Shown: positions 27,904 to 38,826, counted from the first letter of the stretch. The stretch is DNA of 45,287 bases from Patescibacteria group bacterium (GCA_043802665.1 JAZDKW010000015.1:1-45287); one strand, 5' to 3'. Numbers and translations are program-made. The notes: generated by a model from the sequence alone, not told the origin.

Positions 27904-28531
27904 ACGCGCCCAAGCTTTGCAACAAATTATTACTGATATTAAAAATCACCAGTGCTCTCTGCGTGCGGGTTGTACACAAGCGGTTCCAGGTGAGGGTAGC
28001 CCCGAAAGCGAGATTGTTTTTATCGGGGAAGGGCCTGGTCGGGTAGAAGATGATCAAGGTCGGCCATTTGTTGGGCCGGCAGGAAAGTTGCTCAATGATT
28101 TATTAAATAGCATTGGTCTTAATCGTGAAGATGTTTATATTACCAATGTGGTGAAATGCCGCCCACCTGGCAATCGCGATCCTCTGCCAGAAGAAGTAGC
28201 TGAACACAGTGATTTTCTAAAACGGGAGCTGGATTTGATCCAACCAAAGCTGATTGTCTTGCTGGGACGGCACGCTCTGCACTGGTTCTTGCCCGATGAG
28301 CAGATCTCTAAGTGTCGAGGAAAGGCTAAACGTCAAGGCCAGCATATTTATTTTCCTATTTACCATCCTGCCGCCGCGTTGCATAACCCCAACTTATCGT
28401 GCACCCTCAAAGAAGATTTCTTAAAAATCCCAGCTGTTTTAGAGAAAATATCTGAGTTATCTCCGATCTCCTCTACTGAGAGTGTTATTTCGGTGAAGGC
28501 GGATCGTCCGTCCCAACTAACTATCTTTTAA
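27896..28531 (+). CDS. Uracil-DNA glycosylase, family 4-like
   Basis: FIGEGPG, GRPFVGPAGKLL, NVVKCRPPGNRDP, YHPAAALH. Confidence 0.93.
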   Translation: MSERAQALQQIITDIKNHQCSLRAGCTQAVPGEGSPESEIVFIGEGPGRVEDDQGRPFVGPAGKLLNDLLNSIGLNREDVYITNVVKCRPPGNRDPLPEEVAEHSDFLKRELDLIQPKLIVLLGRHALHWFLPDEQISKCRGKAKRQGQHIYFPIYHPAAALHNPNLSCTLKEDFLKIPAVLEKISELSPISSTESVISVKADRPSQLTIF

Positions 28532-28532
28532 A

Positions 28533-30257
28533 ATGAAATTATCTCGTTCTGCTAAAACTAAATCTAATAAACCGTCCGCCCAATCACCCCAGCGAACAGA
28601 TGCCTTACGCATTATTCCTTTGGGTGGGTTAGACAGTATCGGCATGAACATGCTCTTAGTTGAGTATGGACAAGATATCGTGGCACTGGATTGTGGCATG
28701 ATGTTCCCTGATGAAACAATGTTAGGGGTAGACTATGTGATCCCCGATATCAGTTATTTGCGCAAACATCGCAAAAAACTTCGGGGCATCATTATCTCCC
28801 ATGGTCATGAGGATCACATTGGTGCTATTCCCCATTTAGCTCCTGAATTAGGGGTGCCAATCTATGCCAGTACTTTGGCGAAAGCTTTAATTGAGGCGAG
28901 GCTGAGCGAGTTCCCTGGGGCCAAAAACGTCCAAGTTAAAAATTACCAAGAGAATGACGAGTTAAAATTGGGAGTTTTTCGGGCGAAGTTCTTCCGAGTG
29001 CATCACAGTATCCCAGATAGTTTTGGTATTATTTTGGATACTCCAGTGGGGCGCATAATTTATACGGGAGACTTTAAGTTTGACCCATCCATACCGGCAG
29101 ATACCTTAGTGGATTTTGCCAAAATCACTGATAATGGTAAGCTTCAGCCACTTCTGTTGCTATCGGAAAGCACTAATGCTGAAACAGCAGGCTTTACTAT
29201 CTCCGAACATGAAATTGGTGAAAGTTTTGATCGCATCTTTGCCCAGACCACCGGTCGCTTAATTGTCTCGTCGTTTGCTTCCCGGATTGACCGAATGCAA
29301 TATACACTGGCCTCAGCCCAAAAATATGGCCGCAAGGTGACGATTTCCGGTCGGAGTATGCTAAAATATTTTGAAGCGGCGTCTAAATTAGGATATCTCA
29401 AATACCCGAAAGATTTATTAGTGCCTCTTAAAACCATCGCTAAGATCCCAGATGACAAATTAGTTATCTTAAGTACGGGCAGTCAAGGTCAACAAGGGTC
29501 ATCCCTGGCCCGGATGGCATTTAAAGAACATACTCAAGTTAAGATTAAGCCGGGCGATACTGTAGTGATCTCTGCCTCCCCTATCCCAGGGAATGAGCGT
29601 TCGGTCTCGGCGATTATCAATAATCTCTGTCGTGAGGGGGCAGAAGTGATCCATAGCCGCAATATGCAAGTGCATGTCACAGGGCACGGTTTTCAAGAAG
29701 AATTGAAAATGATGATCAAGCTGACTCGACCAAAATATTTTGTTCCCATTCACGGTGAATATCATATGAGGTTCGCACACAAGAAATTGGCGATCAGCTT
29801 AGGTATTCCTAACACTAATATTTTCTTGATAGAAAACGGCGATGTGATTGAATTTGATAAAACTGGCGCTAAAAAATTAGCCAAGAGTGTTTCGGCCGGC
29901 CTGGTGATGGTAGATGGGTTAGGGGTAGGAGATGTTGGTGAAATTGTGCTCCGGGATCGCCAAGCTATGGCTCATGAAGGTATGTTTGTGATCATTGTGA
30001 CGCTCGAGAAAAAAACAGGCAGATTAATCAACAATCCCGATATTATCTCGCGTGGGTTTGTCTATATGCGAGAGCAGGAGGATCTAATTAACCGAACACG
30101 CGATGAAGTTAAAAAGATTCTAAGTCTTCGGAAGGGCAAGGGTTCCCCTGATGGCTGGAGTAATGTTAAGCAGAAAATTAGAGAGGAGATCGGCCAATTT
30201 CTTTATCGGGAAACCCAACGTCGTCCAATGATCCTACCAGTGGTGATAGAAGCCTAA
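28533..30257 (+). CDS. rnj: Ribonuclease J
   Basis: PLGGL..IGMNM, SHGHEDHIG, HSIPD, TGDFK, HVTGH, PIHGE, RRPMILPVVIE. Confidence 0.96.
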   Translation: MKLSRSAKTKSNKPSAQSPQRTDALRIIPLGGLDSIGMNMLLVEYGQDIVALDCGMMFPDETMLGVDYVIPDISYLRKHRKKLRGIIISHGHEDHIGAIPHLAPELGVPIYASTLAKALIEARLSEFPGAKNVQVKNYQENDELKLGVFRAKFFRVHHSIPDSFGIILDTPVGRIIYTGDFKFDPSIPADTLVDFAKITDNGKLQPLLLLSESTNAETAGFTISEHEIGESFDRIFAQTTGRLIVSSFASRIDRMQYTLASAQKYGRKVTISGRSMLKYFEAASKLGYLKYPKDLLVPLKTIAKIPDDKLVILSTGSQGQQGSSLARMAFKEHTQVKIKPGDTVVISASPIPGNERSVSAIINNLCREGAEVIHSRNMQVHVTGHGFQEELKMMIKLTRPKYFVPIHGEYHMRFAHKKLAISLGIPNTNIFLIENGDVIEFDKTGAKKLAKSVSAGLVMVDGLGVGDVGEIVLRDRQAMAHEGMFVIIVTLEKKTGRLINNPDIISRGFVYMREQEDLINRTRDEVKKILSLRKGKGSPDGWSNVKQKIREEIGQFLYRETQRRPMILPVVIEA

Positions 30258-30364
30258 TTAGTTTCCTTGATCCTGCTTAATCAATCCCAGCGTAGTGGGT
30301 GGTTTAGTCCAACCAGTGAGATGATTCGCTATGATATAATCAATCTGTTATTTAATGATTTTTA

Positions 30365-32575
30365 ATGGCCAGGACTAAGAAAAGAAAAAGAAAGTACCGC
30401 TATCGTTCGTACCAGACCTCCAAATGGGTGGATGGGCTGAATTTGGATTTGGAATTGGAGCCGCATGTGGTGCGAGAAGTAGTTGCTGTGTTCTTAATGG
30501 GCTTGGGATTGTTCACTCTCTTAGCTATCTTGGGGGTCGCTGGGAACATTGGGAATGTCTTTTTCACCGCTCTGCGACTGGGCTTAGGTTGGACCAGTTT
30601 TATCTTACCGGCAGTACTGGCCGGAGCTGGAGTGGCCTTATTCTACCCAGTTAAATATAAATTTAACGCTACCAATACCGTTGGATTAATCTTATTAGTG
30701 ATTTCCCTTTCCGCCTTGCTACACCTATTTATTGCTCCCGGGAATGGAATTGGTATTGCCCAAAGTGGTGCCGGAGGTGGATATATTGGTTTTGCTATTG
30801 CTTTAGCTTTAGTGCGATTGGTTGATCTCTGGGCCTCTTTGCTGATCATGGTCATGGCTTTGGCCATTTCCTTGCTCCTCATCTTCGGTCAGCCTCTGCG
30901 GGAATTATATTATCGTGCCAAGCTGAATTTGCCCGCCTTTCCCCATTCGCCAAAGTTGGTGATTCACACAGCCAACAAGCCAACTAAAGGCGGGAGGGTC
31001 TCTTCGGTTGATGAAAAAGAAGAAGACGACCTAACTAAGTCTGATACCGACAACCTGGTTGTAGAAAAAACTTTTGTTAGGAAAAAAATGACTGAACCAG
31101 CCAGCGACTTTATCCCTCAATTCTCTCCCGCTGGTGACTGGAAATTACCCCCAACTGACCTATTAAGCGATGTGGTCACCAAGGTGGATAGTGGGAACAT
31201 TCGTCAAAACGTTAGCATTATCCAGGAAACCTTAGAAGATTTTGGGATTCAGGTGGAAATGTCAGAGGTCAACGTTGGGCCCACAGTCACTCAATACACT
31301 CTCAAGCCAGCCGCTGGGGTGAAATTATCTCGGATCAGCAACTTAGCTAATGATTTGTCATTAGCATTGGCGGCCCACCCGATTAGAATGGAGGCTCCTA
31401 TCCCCGGTCGTTCCTTAGTCGGGGTTGAGGTACCCAATAAGAAAGCTTCCTTGGTTCGTTTGAGAGAGATCATCGAATCCGATGCTTTCCAAGCGGTGCG
31501 GTCTAATCTGCGAATGCCGCTGGGGCGAGATGTGGCAGGGGCACCCGTAGCGGCCGATCTGGTGCGAATGCCGCACTTGTTGATTGCTGGTGCTACTGGG
31601 ATGGGTAAAAGCGTTTTTCTTAACTCATTGTTAATTGGTTTAATCTATCAAAACTCTCCGGCAGATATGCGCTTAGTCTTAGTGGACCCCAAAAGAGTAG
31701 AATTCACCTCTTATAATGATGTGCCGCATTTATTAGCTCCAGTTATTGTTGATCCCTATAAAACCATTGGCGCTTTGAAATGGTTGGTGATGGAGATGGA
31801 GCGACGCTATAAAATGTTGTCTGAACATAATGTTAGGTTTATTGAGGCTTTCAATCGGAGCAACCCTGATTCTCGGATGCCATACATTGTATTAGTGATT
31901 GATGAGTTAGCCGATCTGATGGCGGTATCTGCCCGCGAAGTCGAAGCCTATATCTGTCGGTTGGCACAAATGTCTCGTGCGGTGGGTATTCACTTAGTCT
32001 TGGCTACCCAGCGGCCGTCAGTTGATGTTATTACCGGTCTAATCAAAGCGAACTTCCCTTCTCGGATGGCCTTCGCGGTAACTTCCGGAACGGATTCTCG
32101 TACCATTCTTGATACAGTAGGAGCCGACAAGCTCGTAGGTAATGGCGATATGTTATTTTTGCCTTCTGATGCCAGCAAACCGCGTCGGATCCAGGGTGTT
32201 TATGTAGGAGATAAAGAGATCAAGGCCGTCACTGATTTTGTTAAACAGCAAGACAATCCGATGTATGTGGACGAACTAATCGCTGAGCGCAAAGAGTCGA
32301 AACAGTCAGAGATTGAAGCTGAAGGCGACCCTCTTTTGCAAGAAGCTACCGAATTGGTAGTGCGAACTGGCAAAGCCTCTGCTTCTTATCTGCAAAGAAG
32401 GTTCCGTGTTGGTTATGCCCGGGCCGCTCGCTTGTTAGACTTATTAGAGGCCAAGGGAATAGTCGGGCCAGGTGAAGGCGCAAAGCCGCGTGAAATTCTT
32501 ATGTCTCGTACTGAGTTGGTGGGCCAAACCACCGGCGAGGGAGAAAATGAATTCCGTGAGGGCGAAGATTATTAA
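30365..32575 (+). CDS. ftsK: DNA translocase FtsK/SpoIIIE
   Basis: 4TM N-terminus, PHLLIAGATGMGKS, IDELADLM, ATQRPSVDV, gamma domain LQRRFRVGYARAARL. Confidence 0.97.
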   Translation: MARTKKRKRKYRYRSYQTSKWVDGLNLDLELEPHVVREVVAVFLMGLGLFTLLAILGVAGNIGNVFFTALRLGLGWTSFILPAVLAGAGVALFYPVKYKFNATNTVGLILLVISLSALLHLFIAPGNGIGIAQSGAGGGYIGFAIALALVRLVDLWASLLIMVMALAISLLLIFGQPLRELYYRAKLNLPAFPHSPKLVIHTANKPTKGGRVSSVDEKEEDDLTKSDTDNLVVEKTFVRKKMTEPASDFIPQFSPAGDWKLPPTDLLSDVVTKVDSGNIRQNVSIIQETLEDFGIQVEMSEVNVGPTVTQYTLKPAAGVKLSRISNLANDLSLALAAHPIRMEAPIPGRSLVGVEVPNKKASLVRLREIIESDAFQAVRSNLRMPLGRDVAGAPVAADLVRMPHLLIAGATGMGKSVFLNSLLIGLIYQNSPADMRLVLVDPKRVEFTSYNDVPHLLAPVIVDPYKTIGALKWLVMEMERRYKMLSEHNVRFIEAFNRSNPDSRMPYIVLVIDELADLMAVSAREVEAYICRLAQMSRAVGIHLVLATQRPSVDVITGLIKANFPSRMAFAVTSGTDSRTILDTVGADKLVGNGDMLFLPSDASKPRRIQGVYVGDKEIKAVTDFVKQQDNPMYVDELIAERKESKQSEIEAEGDPLLQEATELVVRTGKASASYLQRRFRVGYARAARLLDLLEAKGIVGPGEGAKPREILMSRTELVGQTTGEGENEFREGEDY

Positions 32576-32664
32576 ACGTACCCTTTCAAGAGTATATAGA
32601 ATTCTTTTTGCCACTTTTCCAGCCTGCCCGGGCTGGGGGACAAAAAATAGTTTAGAATAAGAAT

Positions 32665-33159
32665 ATGGCAAGTGAATTTTCTTTTGATGTAGTATCAGAG
32701 ATTGATCGGCAGGAGTTAACCAATGCTTTAGATCAAGCTCGTCGCGAGATCACTGCCCGCTATGATTTTAAAGATGTAGTGGTAGAGATTAAATTAGAGC
32801 CCAATCATTTAATAATCTCAGCTCCCAGTGAATTTAAATTCAATGCCGTCATGGATATTGTCAAATCTAAGCTTATGCGCCGTCAGTTGGATCTGCGCAT
32901 CTTGGGAGAAGCTAAGATTGAGCCGGCCAGCGGTGGGACTGTTCGAGCAAATGTGCCATTAGCCGAAGGAATCGCAGCCGATACTGCTAAAAAAATTAGC
33001 AAAATAATCCGAGACAATTTCCCCAAAGTCAAACCTACTATCCAAGGGGAAGCGATCCGGGTGAATTCCAAGAGCAAAAATGAATTACAGGCAGTTATGA
33101 CTCTCCTGAAACATCAAGACGAGCTTGTTCTGCCCCTCCAATTCACTAATTACCGGTAA
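32665..33159 (+). CDS. yajQ: YajQ family nucleotide-binding protein
   Basis: [29 protein letters not shown]. Confidence 0.95.
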   Translation: MASEFSFDVVSEIDRQELTNALDQARREITARYDFKDVVVEIKLEPNHLIISAPSEFKFNAVMDIVKSKLMRRQLDLRILGEAKIEPASGGTVRANVPLAEGIAADTAKKISKIIRDNFPKVKPTIQGEAIRVNSKSKNELQAVMTLLKHQDELVLPLQFTNYR

Positions 33160-33185
33160 TTAATTTATTAACTTACAATAGAGAT

Positions 33186-34181
33186 ATGCCTCCATCAAAA
33201 ACTCTTCCTAAAACTTCAACCGATTTAACCGACACTTTAAGCCAGATTGAGAAAAAGTATGGTAAAGGAGCAGTGATGCGTTTAGGTGATGTTAAGCATG
33301 TAGAAGTGGAAGTAATTCCTTCCGGCTCTCTCACTTTGGATTTAGCTATTGGGGTGGGAGGTATTCCTCGCGGACGGGTAACCGAAATTTTCGGGCCCGA
33401 ATCTTCTGGCAAAACTACCTTAGCTTTACATATGATTGCCCAAGCCCAGAAGAAGGGTGAAACGGCGGCTTTTGTGGACGCTGAACACGCCCTTGATCCT
33501 GAATATGCTAGAAGGATCGGTGTAGATACCCAGAATTTGTTAATTTCCCAGCCTGACAATGGCGAGCAAGCTTTAGATATTGTAGAGGCTTTGGTTCGTT
33601 CTAATGCCGTGGGAATTATCGTTATAGATTCGGTGGCGGCACTGGTTCCGCGAGCCGAGATAGAAGGTGATATGGGAGATTCACATATGGGGTTGCAAGC
33701 TCGGCTGATGAGCCAAGCTCTCAGAAAGATCACTGCCTACGTTAGCAAATCGCGTACCTCGGTTATCTTTATCAACCAGTTAAGGATGAAAATTGGGATT
33801 ATGTTCGGCAATCCGGAAACGACCACCGGCGGCAACGCCCTTAAATACTACTCCTCAGTGCGGCTGGATATCCGCCGGATTGAGACGTTGAAAGTAGGTG
33901 AAGTGGTGGTGGGCAACCGCGTACGGGTAAAAGTGGTAAAAAATAAAGTTGCTCCTCCCTTCCGTCAGGCCGAGTTTGATTTGTTGTTCGCGCAGGGGGT
34001 TTCCTATGAAGGCGAACTGATTGATTTGGGATTGGCGAAGGATATTGTGATTAAATCTGGTTCTTGGTATGAATTTGATGGCAACAAGATCGGCCAGGGC
34101 AAAGAAGCAGCCAAAGAATTCCTAAAAACTGATAAAAAAGCGGCCGAAAAGCTCGGCAAGATGATTCGCGCCGTAGTTTAA
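33186..34181 (+). CDS. recA: Recombinase RecA
   Basis: [44 protein letters not shown]. Confidence 0.99.
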   Translation: MPPSKTLPKTSTDLTDTLSQIEKKYGKGAVMRLGDVKHVEVEVIPSGSLTLDLAIGVGGIPRGRVTEIFGPESSGKTTLALHMIAQAQKKGETAAFVDAEHALDPEYARRIGVDTQNLLISQPDNGEQALDIVEALVRSNAVGIIVIDSVAALVPRAEIEGDMGDSHMGLQARLMSQALRKITAYVSKSRTSVIFINQLRMKIGIMFGNPETTTGGNALKYYSSVRLDIRRIETLKVGEVVVGNRVRVKVVKNKVAPPFRQAEFDLLFAQGVSYEGELIDLGLAKDIVIKSGSWYEFDGNKIGQGKEAAKEFLKTDKKAAEKLGKMIRAVV

Positions 34182-34193
34182 CCCAAGAGTAAC

Positions 34194-35138
34194 TTAAGCG
34201 ATGACTACTGGGGTGCCGTTGGGGGCCCAGTAATATAAAATCCGTGAAGTCTCTATGCCTAAACGAACACAACCGTGGGACATTGGCTTGCCTAAATGCT
34301 CGTAATCTTCATAGAGTTTACCGTTGGTGTAGAGGCGGCCGTTTTTTACTTCCCCTTCAACACGGTTACCTTGGCTAACTTTCCAATAAGGCAAACGGTG
34401 CAGGCCATATCCGGTGACTTCACCATAAGAATTTTTTAGTGCCATCCAGTAGTCCATCCATAATTGATAGGGCGCTGAGTAGGCGGTTTCTTTATGATTG
34501 AAAATTGTATAATTTCCTTTGGGTGTGGTGTATCCGGCTCGACCGCTCGAGATGGGGATATCCATAACAACCACATCATTTTCAATCGCCCAAATTCTTT
34601 GTTCGGCTCGCCAGATTTTAATTTGTTTACCAGCGGCGCTTTGATAACTCAACTCGTTCCCTACTTGGATCTGCCAACGAATGGGGTCTCCCATAACGGT
34701 GAGCAATCCAGCATGAAGATTAAAGTTTTCTTGGTAAATAGCATTTCGAGTAGGTGCCTGGATTGGAATATAAAAAGTAACGGTGTCCCCAGGATTGATG
34801 CTGTCTTGTGGTAAAGAGTTATACAACATAATACGATTTTGATCTATCCAAGCTGTCGTGGCAAACTGGCTGGGGCGATCGGGTGTACCATCAAAATAAA
34901 TACTCCCCATATATAATTGATGGGTTGGCCAGGGAGCAGTGCCGGTATTTTTTAAAGTAATCATTAAAATACCCGGCTGAGCAGGAGATAGTACCGGCGA
35001 TTGGCTTTGGTTAGCGATTTCGTAGCGGTAAGACGGGGTTATCTCTGCGGCTTGGGATACCTTGGTGTAAACTATAAACCCTCCTGCCAGTAAGCTGAAG
35101 GCCACCAGAGACATACCTAAAGTTCGGAGGATTTTCAT
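34194..35138 (-). CDS. Secreted L,D-transpeptidase (YkuD) with N-terminal Ig-like domain
   Basis: Signal/TM, LKNTGTAPW, ISSGRAGYTTPKG, YGLH, SHGCVRL catalytic motif. Confidence 0.88.
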   Translation of the reverse strand: MKILRTLGMSLVAFSLLAGGFIVYTKVSQAAEITPSYRYEIANQSQSPVLSPAQPGILMITLKNTGTAPWPTHQLYMGSIYFDGTPDRPSQFATTAWIDQNRIMLYNSLPQDSINPGDTVTFYIPIQAPTRNAIYQENFNLHAGLLTVMGDPIRWQIQVGNELSYQSAAGKQIKIWRAEQRIWAIENDVVVMDIPISSGRAGYTTPKGNYTIFNHKETAYSAPYQLWMDYWMALKNSYGEVTGYGLHRLPYWKVSQGNRVEGEVKNGRLYTNGKLYEDYEHLGKPMSHGCVRLGIETSRILYYWAPNGTPVVIA

Positions 35139-35180
35139 GTTTATTTTTATATGGGTATTTTAAGATATAGGTTAATTCTT

Positions 35181-35275
35181 ATTATATCAAAAAATTGGCT
35201 CCCCGTCAATAAAAATCTTGACTCATAGGAGTAGATGTGATAGGTTATAATGATTTTAGCACTTTAACAAGGAGG
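35181..35275. promoter_or_regulatory. Divergent promoters plus boxA-like motif and SD
   Basis: Minus: TTGACG-N17-TATAAT (35209-35181). Plus: TTGACT-N17-TAGGTT (35218-35246), GCACTTTAACAA (35259-35270), GGAGG. Confidence 0.7.
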
Positions 35276-35285
35276 AAAGAAGCAA

Positions 35286-35705
35286 GTGGTCAAAACTAAA
35301 GCTTTGCCCAAGATACTCAAGAATCGGCGGCATTATGGAGGAGAAGGCCTTTTGTTTCCTGGTAGGCCTGCCCCCCCGACTAATCAATTTGATCATTTCC
35401 GGGTGAGATTTGTATTTATGGGGTATCATCCCGAAGATGGAGAATTCCATGTAACATTTTTGGCGGAATGCATTCAAGCTGAAAATCAAGACGAGGCGAT
35501 CGAAAAAGCCTTGGCTATCGCCAAAGAGAAATACAAACATTATGGATTTGATTACCAGATTGGGGGAAAATCTGGCTCGGGCGCATTCCTGATTTATAAG
35601 AATATGCGCCATGTATTTGTTAGGGCGTCGAGTAAAAAAGAAGCTCTCCGCCGTGTTGGGGGAAACCAGTGTTTTTCCATCCAAGTAAAACCCTTAGATA
35701 TCTAA
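35286..35705 (+). CDS. Hypothetical protein (139 aa)
   Basis: GTG start behind AAGGAGG SD and its own promoter; no recognised family. Confidence 0.7.
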   Translation: MVKTKALPKILKNRRHYGGEGLLFPGRPAPPTNQFDHFRVRFVFMGYHPEDGEFHVTFLAECIQAENQDEAIEKALAIAKEKYKHYGFDYQIGGKSGSGAFLIYKNMRHVFVRASSKKEALRRVGGNQCFSIQVKPLDI

Positions 35706-35710
35706 GGGTT

Positions 35711-35920
35711 TTAAAATAACAGTGACAGGGTTTGGGGTAGATCGGTGTAGTTGATCACGACCATGCTGACCAAAAAGGTAATCACCAAAACAATTAGTAC
35801 CCAAAATAGCCAGTGTAGCCCGTCTTCTAATTCATCGGGCAACCAAATGATATATGGTTTTTTCTGCGGGATAAGTGACTTTAATTTGATGAGTCCGGTG
35901 GAGATTTTGCGTGTCGCCAT
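35711..35920 (-). CDS. Small membrane protein
   Basis: One TM segment; starts 2 nt after the rsmI stop. Confidence 0.6.
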   Translation of the reverse strand: MATRKISTGLIKLKSLIPQKKPYIIWLPDELEDGLHWLFWVLIVLVITFLVSMVVINYTDLPQTLSLLF

Positions 35921-35922
35921 AA

Positions 35923-36636
35923 TTATTTTTGTTTAGGCTCGCCTCGCATCGAAGCGGTCTCGCCTCGCTTTGAAGCGGGTAGTATCATTATAACAAACTC
36001 TCCCTTAGGAGTTGCTTTAGAAAAATATTCAGCCAGTTCAATAAGACTTCCGCTTCGGACTTCCTCAAATTTTTTCGTTAATTCCCGAAAGATGATAGCT
36101 GGTCGATTACCTAAATAGTGAAGAGCATCTCGCAAGGTCTTCCCTACCCGCATCGGTGATTCGTATATGACAAGAGGGAGCTTCCAAGTAGAAATTTGTT
36201 TAAAAAGAGTTTCTCGGCCCTTCTTTTTAGGCAAAAATCCAAGAAAGACAAAATTGTCGGTGTTAACTCCAGCGATGCTAAGAGCGGCGGTGAGGGCAGA
36301 TGGGCCAGGGACGGCTAAGACTTCTATCCCGGCTATCCGGGCCGCTTGGACGATCTTTCCTGCGGGATCTTGGATGCCAGGGGTGCCTGCATCGGTGATC
36401 AGGGCAAGGTTTTTCCCGATCGTTAGTTGTTCTATCAGATAATTAACTTTACTTTCCCGACTATGTTGGTGATAAGAAGTAAATGGGGTTTTAATCTGGT
36501 AGTGCTCTAAGAGTTTTCGGCTGGTCCGAGTGTCTTCGGCGGCAATTAAATCCACTGTGCGCAATGTTTCTAAAGCGCGCAAAGTAATATCTCCCAGATT
36601 TCCTATTGGGGTGGCCACTACATACAACGTACCCAT
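35923..36636 (-). CDS. rsmI: 16S rRNA C1402 2'-O-methyltransferase
   Basis: LYVVATPIGNLGDITLRA, AEDTR, DAGTPGIQDP, YESP, RELTKKFEE, KGEFV. Confidence 0.96.
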   Translation of the reverse strand: MGTLYVVATPIGNLGDITLRALETLRTVDLIAAEDTRTSRKLLEHYQIKTPFTSYHQHSRESKVNYLIEQLTIGKNLALITDAGTPGIQDPAGKIVQAARIAGIEVLAVPGPSALTAALSIAGVNTDNFVFLGFLPKKKGRETLFKQISTWKLPLVIYESPMRVGKTLRDALHYLGNRPAIIFRELTKKFEEVRSGSLIELAEYFSKATPKGEFVIMILPASKRGETASMRGEPKQK

Positions 36637-37898
36637 CAGAATATCTTAGTTAGTAACCAAACATCAAAAAACACCATTAGCGCCACTGCACCAATTCCCA
36701 ATAAGTTACTTCCCCACTTGTTGGTGTGGTGGCCCATAACTCGTTGATCATTAGTAATTAGTAGAAGAATTATCACTAAAATAGGAGTTAAAATTCCGTT
36801 CAACACTTGGGTGTACAGCATCATTATCATCGGAGAGATATTAATAAACATTAAGAAGCTACCAATTAACAAGGAGCCTGCTATAACGCTGTAAAACCCT
36901 CGGGCTTGTTTCAAATGTTTGCTTAATCCTCCTGGCCAATTGAATGCTTCGGCCACCGAGTAAGCGGTAGAAGAGGCTAGCACGGGTATCCCGATCAGGC
37001 CGGAACCGATGATACCAAGAGCAAAAGCCAGAAAAGCCCACTGGCCCACCAGCGGTTTCAACAATAAAGCGGCCTGGGCGGCGCTGGTGATAAATTGATC
37101 CCCCCGCAATATAGTAGCGGCCAAAGCAATGATGGATAAAGCTATGAGAAAGAAAAAAATGAATCCTATAACTATGCTACGCAACTCGGTTTTAATGTCT
37201 TTAACGCGTTTTTTGCCCTCTACCTCTTCGGTATTTTGCCAGAAGATAAGACAAGGCGAGATAGTAGTGCCCAGTAAAGCGACCGTCGCTAATAACCAGA
37301 TATCGGAACCGATAAATTGAATGGGCCAGATCTCTTGCCAGGCCGTTGGCCAGCTAACCTGGATATTCAACACCGCGACTATATAAAACACCAGCGCTAA
37401 GGTTAGCCACAGCAAATAGCGGCTGATTTTTGGATAGTTATTTTTAATTAGGATAGTTGCCAAGGTCAGCGCAACAGGCAGAACCCACCACTCCCAGGCG
37501 ATCTTGGTAAAGATTTGCAAGATCTCTGCCATGGCCGACACATTAGCACCAATGGCGGCGATATTACAGACAGCTAAGATGGTTACTACTAACCCAGCCA
37601 CTCCCGCCCCGTAGCGATATTTAATAATCTTGGTCAGGCCCTGGTGAGTTTTTTCGCCGATTCGGGCGCTCATTTCCTCTATGGCGACAACAGCAGGAAT
37701 GATCAGGGCTAAAAGCCAAACGAGACCAAAACCAGTTACAGCCCCTACTTGAGCAAGGGTAGTAATGCCGGCGGGGTCATTACTGGCTGATCCGGTGATC
37801 ATTCCAGTTTTGATCGCCGATAGCCAACCTAACTTACCCGCAACAACATTTTTGTGGTAAGTTACAACTTGATGATATCTCGATATAATTTTAGCCAT
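36636..37898 (-). CDS. Nramp-related divalent metal transporter
   Basis: SNDPAGI, EMSARIG, GTTISP, about 11 TM segments. Confidence 0.88.
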   Translation of the reverse strand: MAKIISRYHQVVTYHKNVVAGKLGWLSAIKTGMITGSASNDPAGITTLAQVGAVTGFGLVWLLALIIPAVVAIEEMSARIGEKTHQGLTKIIKYRYGAGVAGLVVTILAVCNIAAIGANVSAMAEILQIFTKIAWEWWVLPVALTLATILIKNNYPKISRYLLWLTLALVFYIVAVLNIQVSWPTAWQEIWPIQFIGSDIWLLATVALLGTTISPCLIFWQNTEEVEGKKRVKDIKTELRSIVIGFIFFFLIALSIIALAATILRGDQFITSAAQAALLLKPLVGQWAFLAFALGIIGSGLIGIPVLASSTAYSVAEAFNWPGGLSKHLKQARGFYSVIAGSLLIGSFLMFINISPMIMMLYTQVLNGILTPILVIILLLITNDQRVMGHHTNKWGSNLLGIGAVALMVFFDVWLLTKIF

Positions 37899-38704
37899 TC
37901 CTGTAGGTTAAGAGTTTGGGCGCGCCGGTCAGACGCAATGCCACTGACCGTTAAAATATTTTTGATGGTATCAACATCTAAATTGAGTCCTCCGGCCAAA
38001 GAGTTGTGAATCTGCTTACGGCGCTCCCCGAAGCCGGCTTTAACGATTCTAAAGAACTTTTTCTCATCTACTGTGGCAGGCAATTTTTTATGCGGAGTAA
38101 TCCGAATGATTGCCGAGTCTACTTTAGGGATGGGCCAGAAATCTTGTTTGGGGATGATAGCAATAATTTCGGGGTGGCTATAAAATTGGACTGCCACACT
38201 TAAAATGTTAGCTTCTGGCGGGGTGGCCACGATGCGTTCAGCCACTTCTTTCTGCACCATTAATACCATCATAGCAGGGCGATATGCGCTTTCTAAGAAA
38301 AAGCGGATAATTGCTGAAGTTAAATAATAAGGGAGATTGGAGACTAATTTATATTTTCTGTCCGGAAAATATTCCTGGAAGAACAGGTTGTCTAAAGTCA
38401 GGGCGTTGCTCTCTATGATTCTGATGTTGGTTAGATCCGAATTTAGACTTCGGCAGGCCTTGGCCATAATGGGGTCTTTTTCGACGGCGATAACTCGGTT
38501 TGCGGAGAGAGCCAGTTCACGGGTAAGGGTGCCCAGCCCCGGGCCAATCTCTAAAATTTCATCCTGGTCGTTCACTTGAGCGGCTTGAATAATCTGGGTC
38601 AGTACGGAGCGGTTGATTAAAAAATGTTGCCCGAGTCTTTTTTGGGCAAACGTTTGATATTCCCGGAGAATCTGCCGAATTGTTACCAGATCAGTAAGGT
38701 CCAT
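37862..38704 (-). CDS. rsmA: 16S rRNA adenine dimethyltransferase KsgA
   Basis: KRLGQHFL, EIGPGLGTLT, SNLPYY, MVQKEVAERI, PKVDSA; ATG formed at the MITE end. Confidence 0.97.
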   Translation of the reverse strand: MDLTDLVTIRQILREYQTFAQKRLGQHFLINRSVLTQIIQAAQVNDQDEILEIGPGLGTLTRELALSANRVIAVEKDPIMAKACRSLNSDLTNIRIIESNALTLDNLFFQEYFPDRKYKLVSNLPYYLTSAIIRFFLESAYRPAMMVLMVQKEVAERIVATPPEANILSVAVQFYSHPEIIAIIPKQDFWPIPKVDSAIIRITPHKKLPATVDEKKFFRIVKAGFGERRKQIHNSLAGGLNLDVDTIKNILTVSGIASDRRAQTLNLQEWLKLYRDIIKL

Positions 38705-38821
38705 CCCGTTAGAAGCAGGGAGTCCAGGGCTCCCGACTGGTTAACAATAAGGTATCTGATAATAAATTAGTTATTGAGTGATTCATATAGTTTAGTGCTT
38801 GGAAGAGTGCTTCTAACGGGA
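38704..38821. mobile_element. MITE-like element (118 bp), copy 2
   Basis: 14-bp TIR TCCCGTTAGAAGCA/TGCTTCTAACGGGA, flanked by TCCA at 38700-03 and 38822-25. Confidence 0.8.
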
Positions 38822-38826
38822 TCCAT

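Noticed and set aside
30279-30330. Possible small three-stem structure between rnj and ftsK
   Set aside because: Stems are only 4-5 bp, single copy, and no recognisable riboswitch core.
33173-33733. 186-aa antisense ORF over recA and similar antisense ORFs over dnaA, dnaN, pnp, rnj, ftsK, pcrA, yebC
   Set aside because: Opposite-strand shadows of well-conserved genes.
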